Source: Amphiscolops sp. MND2022
Taxonomy: Eukaryota
Length of the DNA: 64,000 nt
NCBI GenBank assembly: GCA_964187785.1
Contig: CAXLNC010000137.1
Location: forward strand, 1-64,000
Direction of reading: 5' to 3'
The notes under the pieces were generated by a model. That model was not told the DNA's origin. It did no database searches and worked only from the letters and a program-made list of their open reading frames with translations. This document shows, piece after piece, positions 10,597 to 18,228 of this stretch; positions within the stretch are counted from its first letter, which is position 1, and each line of letters starts with the position of its first letter. The position numbers and the translations under genes are program-made.

Positions 10597-13500
10597 CTCC
10601 CCCTTGGGGGCCCGCAGTCTTCAGCGGGGCCCCACAAGAAGGAATGCTTCTTCGCAAGGCTAAAGCTAGAGTGCGCAAGGTGGAGCTCAAGGCTCTGAAG
10701 CTCAAAAGGTGAAGGTTGTCTCGGAAGCTTCCTGTCAAAGCTCTGAGTGCTGAAGCTGTCAAAGCTGTCTGGAAAGCTCTGTCCTGAAAGCTGGCTTTCA
10801 AGCTGTCTTTCAAAGCTGCTGGGGTTGAAGCTGCTCAGGGCCAAGCTGGTTGCTGTGAAGCTGCTCTTGCCCAAGCTGCTCTGTGAAGAGCTGCTTTGTG
10901 GAGAGCTGCTCTTCAACAAGCTGTTGGTGTCCAAGCTCTTCTTGTCAAAGCCCTTGTTGTCAAAGCTCTTCCTGTCAAAGCTCTTCTTGTCCAAGCTCTT
11001 CTTGTCAAAGGTCTTCCTGGGAAAGCTCTGTGTCTCAAAGCGCTTCTCGAAGCTGCTTGTGGGAAAGCTGCTCAAGGCTAAGGTGCTTCGAGTGAAGCTG
11101 CTCTCGGCCAAGCTGCTCTCCACCAAGCTTCTTTTGTGAAAGCTGCTCCTTGCAAAGCTGCTCTGTTGGAAGCTCTGCTCTGCAAAGGTCTCTTTTGCAA
11201 GGGTCTTCTCTGCAAAGCTCTTCCTTGTAAAGCTCTTCTCTGCAAGGTTCTCTTCAAAGCTCTTGGCTGCAAAGTTCTCTTCGAAGTTCTTCTCTGCAAA
11301 GTTCGTCTCTGCAAGCTTCTTTGCAAAGCTCTGCTCTGAGCTGCTCGTTGCCAAGCTGCTCTTGCCAAAGCTGGGCTCTGCAAAGCTGCTAGCTTCAAAG
11401 CTCTTTGCTGCCAAGCTCTTGTCTGTGAAGCTGGTCTTCTCAAAAGTGTAGTTGTCAAAGCTCTGCTTTTGGAAGCTGTTGGTGGCAAAGGTGTTCTGCC
11501 TGAAGCTTCTCTCCTGCAAGTTCTTTCTGCCAAGCTGCTGTTGCTGAAGGTTTCTTCTGTCAAGCTGCTGTTTGTGAAGCTGCCTGTCTGAAGGTCCTGT
11601 TTGCCAAGCTGCTGGCTGAAGAGGTTCTGGTTTGAAGCTCTGGTCTAGCAAGCTGCTGACTGAAAAGCTGTCTGGCTGAAAGGTTGCTGTGCTGAAGCGC
11701 TGTGCTTGAAATCTGCTGGCTGAAAAGCTGTCCTGTAGGAGGGTTCTGCTGAAAAGCTGTTGTTGAAGAAGCTGTTCTTGTAGAAGTGCTTCTTTGCAAG
11801 CTGTTCCTGTCAAGCTGGGGAGGCAAAGTGCCTCTAAGCTGTTCTCTGTGAAGTTCTCTTCTTCAAGCTGGTTCTTCTGAAGCTGGCTTGTTGAAGTTCT
11901 TGTTGGCAAGCTGGTTGTTGCCAAGGTGTTCTTCTCAAGGTTCTTGTCTGCAAGCTCTTCTTCTGGAAGCTCTTTGGGAAGAAGGTCTGGTGGTGAAGCT
12001 GCTTTGGCCTCACTGCTCTGAACCAAGCTGGTGCTGAAAGGCTGCTGGTTCAAGCTGGCTGCTGGAAAGCCAGTTGTGAGAAGCTGTTCTTTGCAAGCTT
12101 CTTCTGTGTGAGTGAAGTTGTCCTCTGCAAGCTGCTTCTTGTAAAGGTTGTTTTCTGAAGGCTGCTTCTTGGAAAGGTTGTTCTCTGCAAGCTGCTTCTT
12201 GTCAAGGTTGTTCTCGCCAAGCTGTTCTGAAGCTACCTGCTGCAAAGCCAAGGTTTCAAAGAAGAAATGCTGAAAGACAAGGTTGTCTATCAAGCTGTTC
12301 TTGGCAAAGGTTGCTGCAAGCTCCTTGTGCAAGATCGTCTCTCTGAAGCTGGGGTGTTCCAAGCTGAGCTGCTGACAGGTGTTCTTCTGAAGCTGTTTGT
12401 TCTGAAGCTGCCTCTGATCTGTGGAAAGATTGTTCGGAAGATGTTGGTCTGAAAGCTGTTTGCCAAAGTTCTCTGGAAAGAACTTTTCCAAGCTGATGTT
12501 GGAAAGATCCCGTTCTGCAAGCTTCTGCTTTGAGAAGCTGGGTTTGTCTGACTGAACTGCTGCTGGCCAAGCTGCTGTTCTAAGACCTGAAGCTGACAAA
12601 GGTTCCTCTGGAAGCTGTCTGCTGATTGCTGATTCTGGATCTTGTTGGCAAAGCTGTGAAAGATAAAGCTGGAAAAGTTTGCTGTCTGGAACTGTTGCTG
12701 AAAGCTGGTTTTGCTGCTGCTGATTGTTCTGCTGTAAGCTGAGTTCCTGAAGCTGAATTTGCCAAAGATTTTGTTCAAGATGATCATAAGGACCAAGCGA
12801 ACAAGTTTTATTGGCAAGCACCTTCTCAAGCTCCTGTTCCAGAAAGTTTTGTGAAAGCTCATCCTTCTTCTCAATCTTCTTGTTGCTAAAGCTGTCATGC
12901 TGAAGCTGAATTTTGCAAGGTTGTTCTTGTCCAAGGCTGTCCTGAAGATAACCAAGCTGACAAGTTGCCAAGTTCTTGGTGAAAGAGAAGTTGTGAACCA
13001 AGAAGCTGAAACAAGACAAGGTTGTACGAAAGCTTCTTGTTGTTCTCAAAGAGGTTGTTGTCAAAGCTGATGTTGAAGCTACTCTGCTGAAAGATGTTGT
13101 TTGCAAAGTTGTCATGGAAGCTGATCTGTGGGAAGATGATGTTGACAAAGATGTTGTGAACAAGCTCTTTCTCAAAGCTCTATCTCTCCAAGCTGTGTTG
13201 CATGGAGGTTTGAGCCAAGCAGTGAATGCTAAGCTCAAGCTGTGCAAGGTCGAAGCTGACAAGGTTCTTCTGCTCAAAGCTCTCAAGGTCAAAGCTGGAA
13301 GCTGGTTTTGGGAAGTTGTTTGCTGAACTCCCCCTGAAGGTAAAGCATTGCTAAGCTGAAACCCTGTAAGCTGAAAACTCTGCTGATCTGAAAACTGAAG
13401 GCTCCGAAGCTGTCTGTTCCTGATCCTGATTGTCTGAAGCAAAGCTGCACAGATAGAAGCTCTAAGCTCAAAGCTGATCGTGTGAAAGCTATCTGCCTGA

Positions 13501-15272
13501 AGCTGGTAGCTGACACTGATTGAGCCATACTGAAAGCTCAAGCTCTGTACTGGGTCAAGCTGGTTGAAGCTCTCTAAGCTGCCTCTGCTACCCCTGAAGA
13601 AGCTAAAGCAATTGAAGCTCAAGCTGGTATCTTGGTCAAGCTGGTGCAGATAAGATGACTGAAGCTCATCTTGTTGCATGCTTGCTTGTTGAAAGCTCTT
13701 GTTGCAGTAAGCTGCTGCAAGCTCTTCTTGCTGTAAGCTGATTTTGAAAGAACAAGTTGTAAGATACAAAGCTGCACCTGCAAGATAAAAGCTCCCAAAT
13801 AGAAAGATCAACAAGCACATCTGCAAGCTCAAGATCCTCTTTGAAAAGCTGTGAGTGGAGAAGCTATTCGTCTTAGCTCTCTTGTCCTCAAGCTGATCCT
13901 TTCGAAAGCTATCTGCAGAGAAGCTGCTCGTCTCAGCTCTCTGTTTCTTATTTTGGTGCGCAATGTGGTCGACAAGCTCTTCCAAGCTCCTATCTTGTAA
14001 GCTAACTTGTTTGAAGCTCATTCTCTGAAAGCCATTTTTGTTATTCAAGCTCAAGCTCTGTAAGGTCAAGCTTTGTAAGCGATCCTCTTTGTGACTCAAG
14101 TTATCCAAGGTCAAGCTGCCAGTTGGAAAGCTCCAATTGGCGAAGATCAAGCTTTGTAAGTTGGCCTCTGTCAAGCTCAAGCTCTTCTCTGTCAAGCTGC
14201 TAAAGCGATCCCCTTTGCTCAGTGGCAAGCTCAAGCTGCATAAGGTCAAGCTCTCTGAGTCTATCTTCTCTAAGCTCAAGCTCGGTAAGGTCAAGCTGGC
14301 TAAGCTTTTGTCTGCCAAGTTCTTTGACAAGCTCTCGAAGCAAGATTCAGACAAGGCAAGCTGGCGAAGCTGAGGCTTTTCCATGGGAGGCTCTAAGGTT
14401 ACCATCCCTATAACCAAGCTAGAGCTAGGAACAAAGGAAGCAAAGCAAAGCTCAGTAGGCAAAGCTAAGGTTTCTGCAGCTCCCATGTTTATCCTAAGCT
14501 TAGCAAGCACCTGTTCTCCAGAAGCATTGTGGATCAAGCTTTCTGCAAGATTCTTGTCTGGATGAACCCTGCTAGCCTGAAGCTGATCCCTAAGTTGTTT
14601 GTGCTTGTTTCTTCTGGAGAGCCCAAGCTGCATAGCTATGGGCCTCCCATCTACAAGCTCATCTTTGAAGCTACTGATTTTCACTCCTATCTGCACATCT
14701 TTTTCAAGCTGATCCATGTCAAGTTGTTGCAGAAGCTTTCTTGAGTGAACAGCTATTGCTAGAGCTAAGTTCACTGCTTGAAGCTCTGCTTCATCTTGAT
14801 TTTGTGCACAAGCTGTTTTGCAGGAAGTTATCAAAGGAACATCCCACAATAACAAAGCTGTGCTCAGACAAGCTCTTGTCCAAGATGAGGCTGAGAAAGC
14901 TAGAAGCTCAAGGTTCTTCGCTTTCCCTCTTGCTATCTGGGTTTTTGTGTGCAAGCTTAGGTTGTAGTGCAACGTTCCAGCAAGATAACGAAGCACTTTG
15001 TGAAGCTGCTTTTCCACTTTTGTTGTTGGATTGTTCAAGCTTTGGGTGAGCACAAGCACCTCAAAGCACAGGTCTGGGCGACAAGCGGTTGTTGCCCAAG
15101 CCAATTCTCCAACAATATGTTTGTAAAGCTCCTGCCTACAAGCATCTAGAGCAAGGTTTTGCTCTAGTGCATCTTGGGAGGGCTCTTCTTCATCTAAGCT
15201 TCCTAAGGGCTCCTCTTGTTCAAGCTCATGCCGGCACAAAAGATCATGAACAAAGCAAGGTTCCAAAGACAA
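10482..15272 (-). CDS. E1 3' ORF (1596 aa): C-terminal pseudo-RT and pseudo-RNase H fused to LxSLTL repeats, a hydrophobic helix and 5-residue QL/SF repeats
   Basis: LYKHIVGELAWATTACRPDLCFEV...LHKVLRYLAGT matches the copia RT thumb (YRSLVGSLxY...RPDIxFAV...KRILRYLKGT); EAELQA, RRNKH and NLAESL match copia RNase H; the frame is open to a TAG at the end of the LTR. Confidence 0.75.
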   Translation of the reverse strand: MSLEPCFVHDLLCRHELEQEEPLGSLDEEEPSQDALEQNLALDACRQELYKHIVGELAWATTACRPDLCFEVLVLTQSLNNPTTKVEKQLHKVLRYLAGTLHYNLSLHTKTQIARGKAKNLELLAFSASSWTRACLSTALLLWDVPLITSCKTACAQNQDEAELQAVNLALAIAVHSRKLLQQLDMDQLEKDVQIGVKISSFKDELVDGRPIAMQLGLSRRNKHKQLRDQLQASRVHPDKNLAESLIHNASGEQVLAKLRINMGAAETLALPTELCFASFVPSSSLVIGMVTLEPPMEKPQLRQLALSESCFESLSKNLADKSLASLTLPSLSLEKIDSESLTLCSLSLPLSKGDRFSSLTEKSLSLTEANLQSLIFANWSFPTGSLTLDNLSHKEDRLQSLTLQSLSLNNKNGFQRMSFKQVSLQDRSLEELVDHIAHQNKKQRAETSSFSADSFRKDQLEDKRAKTNSFSTHSFSKRILSLQMCLLIFLFGSFYLAGAALYLTTCSFKISLQQEELAAAYCNKSFQQASMQQDELQSSYLHQLDQDTSLSFNCFSFFRGSRGSLESFNQLDPVQSLSFQYGSISVSYQLQADSFHTISFELRASICAALLQTIRIRNRQLRSLQFSDQQSFQLTGFQLSNALPSGGVQQTTSQNQLPALTLRALSRRTLSASTLHSLSLAFTAWLKPPCNTAWRDRALRKSLFTTSLSTSSSHRSASMTTLQTTSFSRVASTSALTTTSLRTTRSFRTTLSCFSFLVHNFSFTKNLATCQLGYLQDSLGQEQPCKIQLQHDSFSNKKIEKKDELSQNFLEQELEKVLANKTCSLGPYDHLEQNLWQIQLQELSLQQNNQQQQNQLSATVPDSKLFQLYLSQLCQQDPESAISRQLPEEPLSASGLRTAAWPAAVQSDKPSFSKQKLAERDLSNISLEKFFPENFGKQLSDQHLPNNLSTDQRQLQNKQLQKNTCQQLSLEHPSFRETILHKELAATFAKNSLIDNLVFQHFFFETLALQQVASEQLGENNLDKKQLAENNLSKKQPSENNLYKKQLAEDNFTHTEEACKEQLLTTGFPAASLNQQPFSTSLVQSSEAKAASPPDLLPKELPEEELADKNLEKNTLATTSLPTRTSTSQLQKNQLEEENFTENSLEALCLPSLTGTACKEALLQEQLLQQQLFSRTLLQDSFSASRFQAQRFSTATFQPDSFSVSSLLDQSFKPEPLQPAAWQTGPSDRQLHKQQLDRRNLQQQQLGRKNLQERSFRQNTFATNSFQKQSFDNYTFEKTSFTDKSLAAKSFEASSFAEPSFGKSSLATSSSEQSFAKKLAETNFAEKNFEENFAAKSFEENLAEKSFTRKSFAEKTLAKETFAEQSFQQSSFARSSFHKRSLVESSLAESSFTRSTLALSSFPTSSFEKRFETQSFPRKTFDKKSLDKKSFDRKSFDNKGFDKKSLDTNSLLKSSSPQSSSSQSSLGKSSFTATSLALSSFNPSSFERQLESQLSGQSFPDSFDSFSTQSFDRKLPRQPSPFELQSLELHLAHSSFSLAKKHSFLWGPAEDCGPPRGSAKRKLLPQLDLRQACAACFDMWLKLLSFVDKGKLARA
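10597..10605 (-). promoter_or_regulatory. E1 polypurine tract (AAGGGGGAG)
   Basis: Purine run directly 5' of the 3' LTR; the same AGGGGGAG core occurs in E2. Confidence 0.85.
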
Positions 15273-15335
15273 GCTGATGGTGTTGCTTGATGCTTTGTAC
15301 TCTAAGGTCCTATTGCAGAAGGTTAGGAACTTTCA

Positions 15336-15789
15336 GGATCGCGCAGAGGGTCCCAACAACGAGTGGCGGTCACTCTGCAGTGCTGCAACAAAGAGAAGGC
15401 AAACCAAAAACCTTAAATGCCGTTGTCGCAGCCCACCAAGCAGGAATGAATGTTGAATTGCTTAGCGCTGACTCCCAACGTGTGATCGTGAGGGTCAGAA
15501 AGTTGGTTGTGTACTTAAGCTCCAGCCAGGCCACCCCCAAAACAGCAAAACTCCCAAAAGCGCAGAGGGTACCACCTCACGAAGAAAATTTACCAACAGG
15601 GGTGCTGCTGGCAGATTTTTTTTTATTTTGGGGGTGCGCGTGACCATTTTTGAAAAAAAATTGCCAACAGGGGTGCTGCTGGCAGATTTTTTTTTTGTTT
15701 CGGGGGTGCGCATGACCATTTTTGTTGTGCCGGAATCGGGCGGGATCGGGCGGAATCGGGCGGGATCGGGCGGGATCGGGCGGGATCGC
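15336..15789. mobile_element. Composite insertion of about 450 bp interrupting the E1 pseudo-RT
   Basis: Absent from E2 at the homologous site; bounded by GGATCGC at 15336-15342 and 15783-15789; contains a roughly 72-bp tandem duplication and (ATCGGGCGGG)n. Confidence 0.8.
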
Positions 15790-16933
15790 TTTTGGATTGG
15801 ATCTAGGGAGACTAAAGCAGAAAGCTCACAAAAGAGATCTTCCTGCTGAAGTTCGCTCCCTCCTATCAAGATGTCTCTCTTGTGAATCAAGATCACAAGC
15901 TCATCTCCAGAGAAAAGATTCTGATCCATCTTGTTTTGATCTAACCCTAAGCTCCTAAGGTGTTTTCCTAAAGCATCCTCTGAGCAAGCTGTCGTTGCTC
16001 TTGTCATTGTAAGCTGCCATTTTTGTCTCAAGCTTAAGGTCAGTAAGATCCTCAAGCTGATCTCTTGGCGCTCCTTGTTGCTTAAGCTATGTGGTTTCTC
16101 TGCAGCAAGCTCAATCTCCTTGATGAGCCTAAGCTTTTCCAAGTTCCTAAGTTGGCTTGCTGCAGGTTGCTGACCTTTCTGCTCAAAGCTCCTCTGATCG
16201 ACTGGATCTTGAGAAGCTTTTCTGGCAGAAGGTTTCTTTTTCTTCCTCCTTTTCTTTCTTTTGGCACCTTTCTCTTGGCAAGCTGTTGGTGTTCCTAAGA
16301 TTGCTGTGTTCTTAACTTGTTGTTGCCTAAGGTTCTCCAGAGAAAAGCTATGGTAACAAGCTCCCCCTGAAGATGTGCATGCTTCTTCTGGAGTTCTGCC
16401 TTTGTCATCGAGTAAGCTCTCACTATGATCTTGAAAGCTACTCCCCCTTAAGGTGCTCAAGCCAAGTTCTTGAGGACAAGCTGGCATGTAAAGCTGAAGT
16501 CCTCTTGGTTGAAGCCTGGTTTTCGCCCCTAAGCTGTTGACAAGGTAGTACTCCTCGAAGTTGGTTCGAATCAAGCTAAGTTGGTTGGCCAACAAGATGT
16601 CCATCCCAATCAAAGCTTGTTCGACATTGGCAATCACAAAGCTCACACAAAGATTCAACTGTGACCCAACAAGCTGAACAGTTCTTCTCCCAAAAGTCTC
16701 TATCAAACTGCCACTCACGCTCCTAAGTTTCAAGGTGCTCTCTACAGGACTAAGCTCAACTTGTGAAGCAAAGTCCTTTGGTGCCAAGCTGATAGCTGCA
16801 CCTGTATCTATCAAGATGCCCCAAGCTGCTGTGTTCTTAGTTCCTATTCCTAAGTTGCTGTTGTTGCTGTTGCTTGGGCATCTGCAAGCTTGCTGTATGT
16901 TCCCTAGGGTTCGTTCTTCTTTACCTAAGCTGC

Positions 16934-16994
<61 letters not shown>

Positions 16995-17357
16995 CGGCCA
17001 AAGCTCATGTTCTCCGCGCGAAGCTGTTGCAGGCTGTTGCTGCATTGCAGTCTTTTGCTGGAAGTTATTCCAGCAAGTTGTTCTTTTGCTATTTTCGTTT
17101 TGAAGCTCACAAGCTGGGTTGTAAGCTTTCCAGGTGACCGTGCCAAAGGTCACTCTTTTGCTTGGCTTCTGTTGGCCAAGTTCTGCCCTCTGTGAGTCAA
17201 AGCTGTAAGCTGTGCCCACTATTTTCCCCTCTTGGCCATCTTGGTTGTATTGGCTGAAGCTGCCTAAGCTCAGTCCAATTGTCATCATTTTGTGGCCTAA
17301 GTTTTCGAAGCTCAGGTTTGCTTCTTGGTGGTCTAAAGCCAGTTGGGCTAGACTCAC
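15790..17357 (-). pseudogene. E1 middle ORF segment: aspartic protease, basic tract and N-terminal pseudo-RT
   Basis: ILIDTGA (DTG at 16800-16808) and LIGMDIL; KRKKRRKKKKP; RILLTLSLRQKWQL and VILIHKRDILIGG (HKRD at 15873-15884, in place of copia YVDD). Cut by the insertion. Confidence 0.85.
16935..16994 (-). repeat. (AAC)20 poly-Asn tract inside E1
   Basis: TTG run on the plus strand, in frame in the E1 ORF. Confidence 0.9.
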
Positions 17358-17471
17358 CTCCCAGAGTTTGGGTGAAGCTACCTAAGTTTGCTCCATCCAG
17401 GTCTGGTTTTGACTCTGGATTGGTTTTGTCAAGGTCGAAGTTTTGCAAGCCCGACTCTCGACTGCTCTTGT

Positions 17472-17505
<34 letters not shown>

Positions 17506-18081
17506 GTCGGTATGGTTGTTGTGGGTGTAGGTGTGGTTGTTGTTGTTGTCGTCTGTTGTGTTGTTGGTGTTGTTGTTGTTGTTTTGCTTGCTGGCATCTT
17601 CTTTTGCAAGCTTTGCATCCAAGCTGTGCACGGCTTGGTGCATAGCCTCTAAGGCTTTTCTAAGCTGAACTCTGTGGTTCCAACTGTCATCCTCAAGCTC
17701 AAACTTATCCAAGTCAAGCTGGGTGGGGGGAGGGTCTTTCTTCTGAAGCTTCCCGGTTTGCTCCTCAAAGCCAAAGTGGCTAAGAGGAGTTTGCTCGGAG
17801 AAGCTCTCTCTAGGGTCTTCCTGTGTTGAAGCTGGAGGAAGCCTATAAAGAGGCAACCTCTCAGCTTGCTTCTGAGTCTTCCTAAGGAAGCTTGCCCTGT
17901 GCAAGCTTCTCTCCCATGTGGACCGTGGTTGATGCTCAGTGCTGAGAGGCATAGGGTGGACCGGGTAAAGTGATCGGTCACCCTGGGGCCTCAACACTGG
18001 CATCGGGGATGTTTCCCTACCTAAACCTAGCCTGTAGCTCCTGGTCTGACGATGCTTGCTATGCATGCAAAGAAAAAACAC
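17336..18081 (-). pseudogene. E1 5' ORF segment in the gag position (coiled-coil and Asn/Thr/His-rich, no recognisable Gag motif)
   Basis: Homologous to E2 26138-26945; separated from the middle segment by a 1-bp insertion at about 17336 (GGCTTTAGA versus E2 GGCTTAGA). Confidence 0.6.
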
Positions 18082-18099
18082 AGGAGCCGCAGAACCCTA

Positions 18100-18111
18100 G
18101 CTCTGCTACCA
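18100..18111 (-). promoter_or_regulatory. E1 primer-binding site TGGTAGCAGAGC (tRNA-iMet type)
   Basis: Directly follows the 5' LTR, begins TGG (complement of CCA) and resembles eukaryotic initiator tRNA-Met 3' ends. Confidence 0.85.
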
Positions 18112-18228
18112 TGCTAAGCTCGAGCAAACTTCCCTTTATCCACGAAGCTCAGAAGCTTGAGCCACATGTCAAAGCATGCAGCACAAGCTTGTCTAAGGTC
18201 AAGCTGAGGAAGAAGTTTCCTCTTAGCA
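18112..18228 (-). repeat. E1 5' LTR (117 bp)
   Basis: Direct repeat of 10480-10596. Confidence 0.95.

Larger units (their letters stand above)
10480..18228 (-). mobile_element. E1: full-length AGCT-rich non-autonomous LTR retroelement derived from Ty1/copia (7749 bp)
   Basis: 117-bp LTRs (10480-10596, 18112-18228) with TG...CA ends; perfect 5-bp TSD GTCGG (10475-10479, 18229-18233); PBS; PPT; protease DTG; degenerate copia RT/RNase H. Confidence 0.95.

Noticed and set aside
10900-11500. Calling the 5-residue array a canonical Qnr/MfpA pentapeptide-repeat protein
   Set aside because: The consensus lacks the small residue at i-2 and the A(D/N)Lxx pattern; kept only as a hypothesis.
10517-14744. 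Many antisense and alternate-frame ORFs in E1 and E2 (LLSKLFL..., KALLCK..., AARQ...)
   Set aside because: By-products of the palindromic AGCT repeat grammar and 15-bp period; no domain content.
16016-16032. SL-like GCCATTTTTGTCTCAAG inside E1
   Set aside because: It is the antisense of the coding segment LRQKWQ, is not conserved as SL-like in E2 and is not at a boundary.
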